Shown in pieces: positions 18,040-26,840 of a stretch of 64,000 nt of DNA. The notes beneath the pieces were generated by a model. The model made no database searches. It was not told the origin of the DNA and saw nothing but the letters and a program-made list of their open reading frames with translations. How positions within the stretch are numbered: position 1 is the stretch's first letter; the number at the start of each line of letters is the position of its first letter. The translations under genes were made by a program, and so were the position numbers. Source of the stretch: Tagaea sp. (GTDB lineage: Bacteria > Pseudomonadota > Alphaproteobacteria > CACIAM-22H2); the NCBI GenBank assembly GCA_965228135.1, contig OZ245798.1, positions 247,656-311,655 of the forward strand. Direction: 5' to 3'.

Positions 18040-19545
18040 ATGACCCACGATTTGCTGATCCGCAACGCCCGAATCGCGTCGCCCACGCGGCCGCGTTCGC
18101 TCGCCCCCGCCGACATCCTGATCCGCAACGGTAAGATCGCGGCGATCGGCAAAGTCACCGATCCGCCTGCCGGGGTGGAAGTGGTGATGGCCGAGGGCAA
18201 GCTGGCGCTGCCGGGGCTGATCAACGCGCATGTGCATTCGCCGGGCAATTTGATGCGCGGCTGTCTCGATTCCTATCCGCTCGAAGTTTTCATGCTCTAC
18301 GAGGTGCCGCCGCTGGCCGACGGCGCCACGGCCGGTCGGCTCGCCTATTTGCGCACGGCCTTGGGTGCCATCGAGATGCTGAAACTCGGCATCACAACGG
18401 TGCTCGACGACGCGTTTTTCGTGCCCACCGTACAGCCCGACGCGATCGACGCGGTGATGACCGCCTATCGCGATTCCGGCATGCGGGCGACGGTCGCGCT
18501 CGATCAGCCGAATATCGTCGAATACGAGAAGCAACCGTTTCTGGCCGAGTTGATCGACGACGCGACGCGCAAAGCGATGGATGCCGCCCCGCGCCAATCG
18601 GCCGACGAATTGATGGCGTGTTACGCGCATCTCGTCGGCAAATGGCATGGTGCGGCGCGCGGCCGTTTGGGGGCGGCCGTGTCGTGCTCGGCGCCGCATC
18701 GCGTGACGAAGGATTATTTCGCGCGATTGTCGGCGCTGTCGCGCGAACGCGACTTGCCGTTCTTCGTGCATATTCTGGAGACCAAAACGCAGCGCGTGTT
18801 CGGCGAAGAAAAGCTCGGCAAGTCGCTGGTCAAATATGTCGATGATCTCGGGTTCTTGGACGAGCGGATGCTCGTCATCCATGCGATCTGGATCGACGAT
18901 TCGGATATCGCCGTGCTGGCGAAATCGGGCTGCACCGTGGCGCATAACCCGATCTGCAATCTGCGCCTGGGCAGCGGCATCATGCCGTGGCGGCGTTTGC
19001 GCAATGCGGGCGTGCCCATCGCCATCGGTACGGACGAAGCGACGGTCGACGACACGCATAATCTGTGGCTGGCGGCCAAGGCGGCCGGCCTCGTCCACAA
19101 CATCGCGCGCGAGGATTGGCGCGAATGGCCGTCCGCGCCGGAAGTGCTTGATGCGCTGTTCGATGGCGGGGCGCGCGCCGCGCGGCGGCCTAAAAAGCTC
19201 GGCAAGCTGGAAGTCGGGGCGGCGGGCGACGTGATCTTGGTCGATCTCGAAACGCCGGCCTTCGTGCCGCTCAACGATATCGAACGCCAGCTCGTGTTTT
19301 GCGAAACCGGTTCGTCGGTGCGCGATGTGATCGTCGACGGCGAACTCGTCGTGCATAACGGCCGTTTGCTGACGCTCGACGAGAAGGCGATCTATGCCGA
19401 GATCGCCGAACTCACGCCCAAACTCGCGGCCGATATGGCGGCCTTGCGCGTGGAGGCGGCCAAGCTCGAACCCGCCTATCGCCAAATGTATCAGCGCGCG
19501 ATGGCGCGCGACGTCGGCCTTCAGCGGCGCGGCGGGCAAGGTTAG
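18040..19545 (+). CDS. Metal-dependent amidohydrolase (deaminase/chlorohydrolase-like)
   Basis: LPGLINAHVHSP, HILET, IHAIW, HNPICNLRLGSG, GTDE. Confidence 0.88.
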   Translation: MTHDLLIRNARIASPTRPRSLAPADILIRNGKIAAIGKVTDPPAGVEVVMAEGKLALPGLINAHVHSPGNLMRGCLDSYPLEVFMLYEVPPLADGATAGRLAYLRTALGAIEMLKLGITTVLDDAFFVPTVQPDAIDAVMTAYRDSGMRATVALDQPNIVEYEKQPFLAELIDDATRKAMDAAPRQSADELMACYAHLVGKWHGAARGRLGAAVSCSAPHRVTKDYFARLSALSRERDLPFFVHILETKTQRVFGEEKLGKSLVKYVDDLGFLDERMLVIHAIWIDDSDIAVLAKSGCTVAHNPICNLRLGSGIMPWRRLRNAGVPIAIGTDEATVDDTHNLWLAAKAAGLVHNIAREDWREWPSAPEVLDALFDGGARAARRPKKLGKLEVGAAGDVILVDLETPAFVPLNDIERQLVFCETGSSVRDVIVDGELVVHNGRLLTLDEKAIYAEIAELTPKLAADMAALRVEAAKLEPAYRQMYQRAMARDVGLQRRGGQG

Positions 19546-20285
19546 AGCTTGAAGACGCTGCCCCACGCGGCGGCGGCAGGCGACGGATCGACGCCGATCA
19601 TTTTGAGCGCCTTCCAAATCACGATCGATGTCGCGTCGTGGAAGGGGATGCCCGTCTCGGCCTCGATCTCCGCCGCCACGATCGCGGCGGGATAATTCGT
19701 GCACCAGCCGATCAGCACGTCGGGCTTTGCCTTGGCGGCGTCGCGCGCCTGCTCGCGGATCGTGTCGAGCGGCACGAAGGCGTAGCTGAGATTGTCGGTG
19801 AGGCGCAGATTGGAGCGCGACACGGTCTCGAAGCCCAAAGCGGCGAAATTGGCTTCGACCTTCGCCTGATAGGGATCGAGATAGGGGGTGACGAAGCCGA
19901 TGCGCTTGGCGCCCAGCGCGTTCAGCGCATCGATCTGTGCGAACAGCGATGTCGTCGCCGGGCAACCAGCCGTTTGGGATAGGCGCTGGACGAGCTCTTC
20001 CTCGACCTTATGGCCGACCGAGCCGCCCTTGCTGCCGTTCCACACGATCACGCCGGGCTTGGCGTGGCCGAGCAATTCGGCGGCGCGCGTCATCGATTGC
20101 CAATCGTAACTGCCGGGGAAGGGATCGCTGGTGCCGAACACCGGCGTGCGCGAATGCAGCGGCACGACGGCCGGGAAATGCGAGAGCACGCCGGCGGTCA
20201 CGCGTTCGACGACGTTGTTGCCCGACGGTGTCACCACCGCCAGATACTTGTTCTGGGCGAGAAAGCGTTCGGTCGGCGTGGGCAT
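19542..20285 (-). CDS. Asp/Glu racemase / maleate isomerase / arylmalonate decarboxylase-fold protein (single Cys), second copy
   Basis: VVTPSGNNVVE, IVWNGSKGG, VTPY, GWCTNY. TGATG overlap with the upstream permease. Confidence 0.85.
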   Translation of the reverse strand: MPTPTERFLAQNKYLAVVTPSGNNVVERVTAGVLSHFPAVVPLHSRTPVFGTSDPFPGSYDWQSMTRAAELLGHAKPGVIVWNGSKGGSVGHKVEEELVQRLSQTAGCPATTSLFAQIDALNALGAKRIGFVTPYLDPYQAKVEANFAALGFETVSRSNLRLTDNLSYAFVPLDTIREQARDAAKAKPDVLIGWCTNYPAAIVAAEIEAETGIPFHDATSIVIWKALKMIGVDPSPAAAAWGSVFKL

Positions 20286-21085
20286 CACATCTCCGCGATT
20301 TTGCGCAAGCCGACCATACGTTCGCACAGCAGCAGCAGCAACAGCACCAAGCCGATCAACAGGCTGGAAATGGCCGCGATCGTCGGATCGGGTTGTTCTT
20401 CGACCAGATTCAGCATCTGGATCGGCAGGGTCTTCGTCCACGCATTGGTGAAGAAGATCGACACCGCGTAATTGTCCATCGACGCCAGGAACGCGAAGAT
20501 TCCCGACGTGAGGAAGGCGGGGGCGAGATTGGGAATCAGCACGCGCGTCACGGCCTGCGGGGCCGAGCAGCCCAGCGTGCGCGCCGCGTCGATCAGCGAG
20601 AAGTCGAACAGCGTCAGCGCCGAATAAAGCGTGCGCGCGATATAGGGAATGGTGATGACCACATGGGCGAGGGCGAGGCTCAGCCACACGTCGCGAAGCC
20701 CCGCGAAGCGGAAGGCTTGCAGAAAGGCGATGCCGAGCACGAGGCCCGGCAGCATCAAGGGCGAGGTGAGGAACGCCGCGATCGCTTCGCGCCCCGCGAA
20801 GCGGCCGCGCGCCAGTGCCGTCGCCGCCATACCGCCGATCAACATCGACACCAGCGTGGCGACCGCCGCGATTTGCACCGAGACGAGCAGCGAGCTCGAC
20901 AATCCGCGCACATTCATCAGGCGCTGATACCAGCGCATCGACCAGCCGGGCGGCGGCAAAGTGAACAGATTGCTCGACCCGAAGGACACGACGACGGCGA
21001 CGACCAGCGGGGTCAGCAGGAAGATCACCGTCGCGACGGCGATGACCCAGACCGCGACATTGGCGCTACGTTCGGTCAGGGTCAT
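20285..21085 (-). CDS. ABC transporter permease (PotC-like)
   Basis: TM-rich, DFSLIDAARTLG loop, FLASMDNY. Confidence 0.9.
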   Translation of the reverse strand: MTLTERSANVAVWVIAVATVIFLLTPLVVAVVVSFGSSNLFTLPPPGWSMRWYQRLMNVRGLSSSLLVSVQIAAVATLVSMLIGGMAATALARGRFAGREAIAAFLTSPLMLPGLVLGIAFLQAFRFAGLRDVWLSLALAHVVITIPYIARTLYSALTLFDFSLIDAARTLGCSAPQAVTRVLIPNLAPAFLTSGIFAFLASMDNYAVSIFFTNAWTKTLPIQMLNLVEEQPDPTIAAISSLLIGLVLLLLLLCERMVGLRKIAEM

Positions 21086-21918
21086 CGCGAATCTCCCTTG
21101 CCGCGCGACAGCAGCGCGCTGCACGCGACGATGGCGACGGCGAGGAACAGCAGGACCGTCGCGGTCGTAGCGCCCAAAGCTTCGTTGCGCATCAGCAGGA
21201 ACGCGCGGCCCGTGAGTGTGGCGAGCGTTTGGAAGCGGTCGCCGATCAACAGGCTGGGGATCACATACATCGACGTGGCGAGCGAGAACACGATCGACAC
21301 GCCGCCGACGATACCGGGCATGGCGAGCGGCAGTGCGACGTTGAAGAAGCGGAACACGGGCGGGGCGCCGAGCGTCGCCGCCGCGTCCTGCAAATTCGGA
21401 TCGGCGAGTTTCAGCACCGAATAGATCGGCAGGATCATGAAAGGCAGGAACACGTTCGCCGCGCCCATGACGAGGCCGTGTTCGGTGAACAGCAGCAGCT
21501 TGGGTTCGTCCCACACGCCGGTCGCGACGAGCAGGGCCGCGACGATCCCGTCGCGACGCAGCACGATCTGCCAGGCGAAGGTCTTGACGACCACGCCGAC
21601 CGACAGCGGCAGGATGATCGCGATCAGCATCGCGACTTGCACCGCACCTTTCGAGCGCGCCAGGGCGAGCGCCGTCGGATAGCCGAGAACGAGGCAAACG
21701 ACGGTCGTCCAGAACGCGACGCGCAGCGTGTTGCCGATGACGACCCAGTTGAACGGCTCGGACAGGAAGGTCGTATAGTTCGACAGCGTGAACCCGTCCG
21801 CCCCCATGAAGCCGCGCGCGACCAGCACGATCACGGGGATCGCGAACACGATCACCATGTAGATCGCCGCCGGTAGGGCCAACAGCAACACCGGATCGAA
21901 GCGGAGCCTCGTCGTCAT
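21082..21918 (-). CDS. ABC transporter permease (PotB-like)
   Basis: TM-rich, DPNLQDAAATLGA loop, ATGA overlaps with neighbours. Confidence 0.9.
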   Translation of the reverse strand: MTTRLRFDPVLLLALPAAIYMVIVFAIPVIVLVARGFMGADGFTLSNYTTFLSEPFNWVVIGNTLRVAFWTTVVCLVLGYPTALALARSKGAVQVAMLIAIILPLSVGVVVKTFAWQIVLRRDGIVAALLVATGVWDEPKLLLFTEHGLVMGAANVFLPFMILPIYSVLKLADPNLQDAAATLGAPPVFRFFNVALPLAMPGIVGGVSIVFSLATSMYVIPSLLIGDRFQTLATLTGRAFLLMRNEALGATTATVLLFLAVAIVACSALLSRGKGDSR

Positions 21919-23003
21919 GCGGCTTGGGCCTCGGCGGGATAGATCAGCGTGTCTTCCAGGCGCCACCACAAGGTCGTTGGGGTGCCGATGGCAAGACCCG
22001 GCGGCAGCGCGCTGGTTTCGACCATGGCACTCGCCCCGTTCGGGCCGGCGAGCAGCACATGGATGCGCGAGCCTTGGAAAATGATCTCCTTCACTTCGGC
22101 GTCGATGTAATTGACCGCTTCGCCCGGCGGCGGCGCGCCCAGCGCGATACGTTCGGGCCGCACGGCGAGGGTGACGGCGGAGCCGCGCGTATAACCGGCC
22201 TGGGCGAAGATCCGGCCGAAGGCGGTATCGACCGCCAGAATGTCGCCCTCGGCGGGGCCCGCCGTGCCGGCGATGCGCGTCGAATGGCCGACGAATTCGA
22301 GCACGAAGCCGGTCTTGGGCTTGTGATAGATGTCGAGCGGCGTCGCAAACTGTTCGATCGCGCCGCGGCTCATCACGGCGACGCGATCGGACATGACCAA
22401 CGCTTCCTCCTGGTCATGCGTGACCAGAACGGTCGTGATGCCGAGCGAGCGCAGGAGCCCCTTGAGCTCGATCTGCATATTTTCGCGCAGCTTGCGATCG
22501 AGGGCCGAGAACGGCTCGTCCAGCAGCATCAATTTCGGCGCGACGGCGAGCGCACGGGCGACCGCCACGCGCTGCTGCTGGCCGCCGGACAGGCCGCGCA
22601 CCGGACGATCGGCGAAGGCCGACATATGGACGAGGCCGAGAAACTTATCGATGGTCGCTTGGTGCTGGTCCTTCGGCACTTTGCGCGCGCGCAAGCCGAA
22701 GCGCACATTTTCTGCGACCGAGAGATGCGGGAACAGCGCGTAGTTCTGGAACACGACGCCGACGTCGCGCAGATGCGGCGGCGTGTTGGTGATGTCCTTG
22801 CCGTCGAGTTTGACGCGCCCCTGATCGGGGTTCATAAGCCCCGAGACGATGCGCAGCAAGGTGGTCTTGCCGCAGCCCGAAGGCCCGAGGAGAGAGACGA
22901 ACTCCCCTCGGGCGATCTTGATATCCACGCCGTTGAGCACGCGATGGCCGGCGAAGGATTTCTCCGCGCCGCCGACATCGAGAAATCCTTCGTTTCCGGT
23001 CAT
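21915..23003 (-). CDS. ABC transporter ATP-binding protein (PotA-like)
   Basis: GPSGCGKT, LSGGQQQRVA, LLDEP, VTHDQEEA. Start at ATG 23003 because the upstream part of the 843-aa ORF shadows the SBP gene. Confidence 0.92.
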   Translation of the reverse strand: MTGNEGFLDVGGAEKSFAGHRVLNGVDIKIARGEFVSLLGPSGCGKTTLLRIVSGLMNPDQGRVKLDGKDITNTPPHLRDVGVVFQNYALFPHLSVAENVRFGLRARKVPKDQHQATIDKFLGLVHMSAFADRPVRGLSGGQQQRVAVARALAVAPKLMLLDEPFSALDRKLRENMQIELKGLLRSLGITTVLVTHDQEEALVMSDRVAVMSRGAIEQFATPLDIYHKPKTGFVLEFVGHSTRIAGTAGPAEGDILAVDTAFGRIFAQAGYTRGSAVTLAVRPERIALGAPPPGEAVNYIDAEVKEIIFQGSRIHVLLAGPNGASAMVETSALPPGLAIGTPTTLWWRLEDTLIYPAEAQAA

Positions 23004-23029
23004 CGTATGCTTCTTCGCCGTGGGTGCGA

Positions 23030-24073
23030 TCAGAGCGACATTTCCTTGTCCCAGCGGGAGACCCAGCTGGCACGGTTGGTCGACACGTTCGCCCAATCGA
23101 TCGGGTGGATGACCAGCTTGTCGAGACCGGCGGGGGCGGGCACCTTGCCGTTGGTCGGCAACGCGTAGGTCGCAGCGGCGAGCTGCGCCTGGATTTCCGG
23201 GCTCAGCATCAGGTCGATATAGGCGGCCGCCATTTCGGGCATCGGGCCGTCCTTGACCAGCGCCACGCCCGACGGCATCGAGAACGTGCCTTCCTTGGGG
23301 GCGGCCAATTCGATCGGCGCGCCCTTCGCCTTGCGCGCCAGCGCCAGCGTCGAGATCGAGCCGTAGACCATGAACGCCTCGCCCTGTTCGAGCAGGTTGT
23401 AGGCTTGGCCTTCCTGCGTATAGGCCATCAGGATGTTCGGCTTCATTTCCTTCAGCTTGTCGAAGGCCGCGTCCATATCCTTCTGCGCTTCGGCCATCGG
23501 CTTGCCGGTCTTGAGGAACGAGGCGAGGAACAGGTTCATCACGCCTTCGGTGTTCTGCAGACCCGGCAGAATGACGCGGCCCTTGTACTTGGGATCGTAG
23601 GCTTCGGCCCACGACGTCGGTGCGGCCATGCGGTTCGTGTTGTAGGCGATGCCGACCCAGGGCTGCAGGTAGTTGACCCACATGCCGTCCATATGCGTCA
23701 CACCCGGCTTCAGCGAGGCGGCGTTCGGCACGACCTTGGGCAGCGGCGTCAACAGGCCTTCGGCGACGGCGGTGATCATCACCGGATCGTCCATCTGGAC
23801 GAGCGAGAGATACTGGCTGCCCTTGTTCTTCTGCATCTTCTCGAGATTCACGAGCGAGCGCGTGCCCTCGTAGACGACCTTGATGTTGTACTTCTTTTCG
23901 AAGGCCGGGATCATGATCTCGTTGGTCCAGGTCTGCTGGCTGGAAGCACCACCGACGACGAGTTCCTTGGGCTGGGCGCGGACGATCGCCGGGGCGGCGA
24001 GAATGCCGGCGCCGGCGAGCGACGCGGCAAGAAAACCACGGCGGCGCATGGCAAGGCGGGTCGGTTCGGTCAT
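23030..24073 (-). CDS. ABC substrate-binding protein (PotD/PotF-like), Tat-type signal
   Basis: MRRRGFLAASLAG...PAIVRAQ signal, GIAYNT, PTSWAEAYDPKYKGR, PKEG motifs. Confidence 0.9.
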   Translation of the reverse strand: MTEPTRLAMRRRGFLAASLAGAGILAAPAIVRAQPKELVVGGASSQQTWTNEIMIPAFEKKYNIKVVYEGTRSLVNLEKMQKNKGSQYLSLVQMDDPVMITAVAEGLLTPLPKVVPNAASLKPGVTHMDGMWVNYLQPWVGIAYNTNRMAAPTSWAEAYDPKYKGRVILPGLQNTEGVMNLFLASFLKTGKPMAEAQKDMDAAFDKLKEMKPNILMAYTQEGQAYNLLEQGEAFMVYGSISTLALARKAKGAPIELAAPKEGTFSMPSGVALVKDGPMPEMAAAYIDLMLSPEIQAQLAAATYALPTNGKVPAPAGLDKLVIHPIDWANVSTNRASWVSRWDKEMSL

Positions 24074-24152
24074 GAAGCTCTCCTGGTTTGGATGGGCGCC
24101 CGTGGGCGGGCGGCTCGGGATGGGGAAATTCGTGCTGATGTCGGGAGAGTTC

Positions 24153-24168
24153 AGCAATGCCCGTGCCA
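24153..24168 (-). promoter_or_regulatory. sigma54 (-24/-12) promoter for the ABC/racemase operon
   Basis: Minus strand reads TGGCACGGGCATTGCT, an exact match to TGGCACG-N4-TTGCW. Predicted +1 is near 24142, about 70 nt upstream of ATG 24073. Confidence 0.8.
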
Positions 24169-24216
24169 CAAGCCGAACCGCGCCAATTTGCGGGCGTTCC
24201 GGCCGCATCCGCGCTA

Positions 24217-24241
24217 GATTGGATACAATCATGTGTCCAAT
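24217..24241. promoter_or_regulatory. GntR-like operator candidates
   Basis: GATTG-GATA-CAATC palindrome (core TTGGATACAA), followed by an inverted related half (TGTGTCCAAT). Resembles the TGTATACA site next to the other GntR. Confidence 0.5.
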
Positions 24242-24342
24242 TCTCGCGCGTAATCGCGATTGGCGCCGAACGTGCAAAGGGTGGCGGGAGAGGCGCACGC
24301 ATCGCGCCGTCCGGAAACGCGAAACGACGGAAATCGAACGGT

Positions 24343-25149
24343 ATGCCGAATTCGAAGGCGTTTGCCGCCCGCCCGGCGGGCACTCGGCGGAAAAAAGCGA
24401 CGCAGCCGCCGAAAACGGGGGCGCGCGGACGGCGCGCGGGTGCCACGGCGGAAATCGTGTTCGAGCGCGTGGTCGAGGCGATTCAGTCCCATCGCCTGGC
24501 GCCCGGCACGCGCCTGATCGAGGAAAAGCTGGGTGCTTATTTCGGCGTCAGTCGCACGATCGTGCGCCAGGGGCTGGCGAAACTCGCGCAGGCGGGCTTG
24601 GTCGAATTGTCGCCGAACCAGGGGGCCCGGATCACCTGGCCCGACGCCAAGCGCACGGCCGACGTGTTCGACGCGCGCCGCCTGATCGAGATCGAGTTGG
24701 TCGCGCGCGTCGCTTCCAACGCCACGCCGGGGGATATCGCCAAGCTGCGCGCGCATTTGCGCACCGAGGATGGGGCCCGCAAGCGCGGCGACCGGATCGG
24801 CTTGGTGCGATTGACCGGCGAGTTCCATTTGAAACTCGCCGAGATGGCCGGGAACGCCATCATGGCGCGCACGCTGGCCGAATACGAAACGATCACATGT
24901 CTTGCGATCCTCGCGCATGACCGTACCGGGGAATCCGCGTGCCCGCCCGACGAGCACGCGTCGATCGTCGATGCGATCGAAGCGCATGACCCGCGCGCGG
25001 CGGCCGCGTTGATGCGCCGCCATCTCGACCATGTTCTCGCGGGCCTCGATCTCGATGCCGCCCCGCGCGACACCGATCCGCTGGGGGCGGCCTTGTCGCC
25101 GCGCCCGGCGGTGCCTCACCGCAGACGTCAAGGAAGGAGTCCGATATGA
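24343..25149 (+). CDS. GntR family (FCD-type) transcriptional regulator
   Basis: LAPGTRLIEEKLGAYFGVSRTIVRQGL wHTH, FHLKLAEMAGN...EH. ATGA overlap with dctP. Confidence 0.9.
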   Translation: MPNSKAFAARPAGTRRKKATQPPKTGARGRRAGATAEIVFERVVEAIQSHRLAPGTRLIEEKLGAYFGVSRTIVRQGLAKLAQAGLVELSPNQGARITWPDAKRTADVFDARRLIEIELVARVASNATPGDIAKLRAHLRTEDGARKRGDRIGLVRLTGEFHLKLAEMAGNAIMARTLAEYETITCLAILAHDRTGESACPPDEHASIVDAIEAHDPRAAAALMRRHLDHVLAGLDLDAAPRDTDPLGAALSPRPAVPHRRRQGRSPI

Positions 25150-26198
25150 AACTCGCATTCGCTGCCGGCCTTTTGGCCGCGTGCCTGGCGGCCGTTCCGG
25201 CCGTCCAGGCGCAGCAGAATCCCAACACCATGCGCATCGCCGGGAATTTCTCCTCGAATACCAAGCATGTCGACAACATCGAGAAGCCGTTCTTTCTGAA
25301 TCTGTCGACCTCCCTCGGCATCCCCATGACCGTCAACTACAACCCGATGGATGTGGTGAACGTGCAGGCGGCGGACGCGCTGCGCCTGCTGCGCTCGGGC
25401 ACGTTCGACGTGATGTCGGTGCAGATCGGCATGGCCTCGCGCGACGACCCCTTCTTCGAAGGCATCGACCTGATCGGCGTGTCGACCGACATGAAGCAGC
25501 TGCGCGCGGCGGTCGACGCCTATCGCGAGGCTTTCGACCAGCGTCTCCAGACCAAGTTCAACGCCAAGGTCATGACGCTGTGGCCGTTCGGCCCGCAGGT
25601 CTTCTATTGCAGCAAGGAGATCAAAACGGTCGATGACGTGAAGGGCCTGAAGGTCCGCAGCTTCACGCCGTCGATGGCCGCGTTGATCCAAAATCTCGGC
25701 GCCACGCCGATAACGCTGCAATTCTCGGAAGTCTATCCGGCGCTGCAACGCGGCGTGGCCGATTGCGGCGTGACCTCGCCGACCTCGGGCAATTCGGGCA
25801 AGTGGCCGGAAGTCACCTCGTACTTCCTGCCGCTGTCGGTCTCGGGTTCGGTCCAGGGCCACTTCATGAATCTCGACCATTGGAAGCGCTATACGCCCGC
25901 GATGCAGGCGAAGGTGCTGGCCGAGTTCAAGAAGATGGAGGATCAGATGTGGGATCTGGCCGATCGCGCGAACGGCGATGCGGTCAATTGCAATATCGGC
26001 AAGGATCCTTGCGTCGAAGGCACCAAGTACAACATGAAGCTCGTCGAGGTTTCGGCCGCCGACGAAAAGAAGATCAACACGGCGGTCACGGCCGTCGTTC
26101 TGCCGATCTGGAAGGAGACCTGCAACAAGGTCGATCCGACCTGCACGGCGACGTGGAACGCGACCGTCGGTCGTGTTCGCGGCTTCAAGATCGACTGA
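25146..26198 (+). CDS. dctP: TRAP transporter substrate-binding protein
   Basis: Signal peptide ending AQA, KGLKVR, FSEVYPALQRGVAD motifs, followed by dctQ and dctM. Confidence 0.9.
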   Translation: MKLAFAAGLLAACLAAVPAVQAQQNPNTMRIAGNFSSNTKHVDNIEKPFFLNLSTSLGIPMTVNYNPMDVVNVQAADALRLLRSGTFDVMSVQIGMASRDDPFFEGIDLIGVSTDMKQLRAAVDAYREAFDQRLQTKFNAKVMTLWPFGPQVFYCSKEIKTVDDVKGLKVRSFTPSMAALIQNLGATPITLQFSEVYPALQRGVADCGVTSPTSGNSGKWPEVTSYFLPLSVSGSVQGHFMNLDHWKRYTPAMQAKVLAEFKKMEDQMWDLADRANGDAVNCNIGKDPCVEGTKYNMKLVEVSAADEKKINTAVTAVVLPIWKETCNKVDPTCTATWNATVGRVRGFKID

Positions 26199-26214
26199 AC
26201 AAGCGTTAAGGAGA

Positions 26215-26239
26215 GGGGCGGCCCGGTCCAGGCCGCCCC
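26215..26239. other. Intercistronic stem-loop between dctP and dctQ
   Basis: GGGGCGGCC-CGGTCCA-GGCCGCCCC, a 9-bp perfect stem. Confidence 0.6.
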
Positions 26240-26258
26240 GATTCCTTCGAGGATAATC

Positions 26259-26840
26259 ATGGAAAATCCCGTCGGCAAAATCGCCGTGCCCGTCGCGCGC
26301 TTCGTCGCGATCCTTTGCGGTTACGGCGTATTGATTCTCTCCTTCGCGATCACGGTCGAAGTCGTGGGGCGGAAATTCTTCGGATTCTCCCTGCAAGGGA
26401 TCGACGATATCGGGGGCTATGCGCTCGCCATCGTCGCGGCCGTCGGCGCGTCCTACACGATGGCCATGCGCGGCCATACGCGCATCGACGTATTTTTGAT
26501 CCGCATGCCGGCGTTCTGGCAGGCCGTGCTGAACGCCGTCGCGATGGTCACGCTCGCCGGCTTCGCGATTTTCGCGCTTTACCGCGGCGAGGACGTATTG
26601 TCCGAAAGCATCGAATTCAGGTCCGTCGCGACCAATCCGCTGCAAACGCCGTTGTGGATCCCGCAGGCGACATGGCTGTTCGGCGTGGGCCTGTTCGCGC
26701 TTTTCGCGTCGGCTTATGCCGCGCACTCGCTTTATCTGCTCTTCGTGGATCGTCGCCGCCTTAATAACTTTTACGGCCCGGCGACCGCCAAGGACGAAGT
26801 CGATGCCGAACTCGAAGCGCGCAAGGAGGAAGGGCGATGA
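26259..26840 (+). CDS. dctQ: TRAP transporter small permease
   Basis: 4 TM segments, GHTRID motif, located between dctP and dctM. Confidence 0.88.
   Translation: MENPVGKIAVPVARFVAILCGYGVLILSFAITVEVVGRKFFGFSLQGIDDIGGYALAIVAAVGASYTMAMRGHTRIDVFLIRMPAFWQAVLNAVAMVTLAGFAIFALYRGEDVLSESIEFRSVATNPLQTPLWIPQATWLFGVGLFALFASAYAAHSLYLLFVDRRRLNNFYGPATAKDEVDAELEARKEEGR

Noticed and set aside
21915-24446. Apparent 843-aa fusion ORF (likewise 12058-14466, 5963-7426, 39385-41100, 41603-43183, 53290-54903)
   Set aside because: The N-terminal extensions overlap real upstream genes in another frame. The true starts are at internal ATGs with ATGA/TGATG coupling or SD sites.
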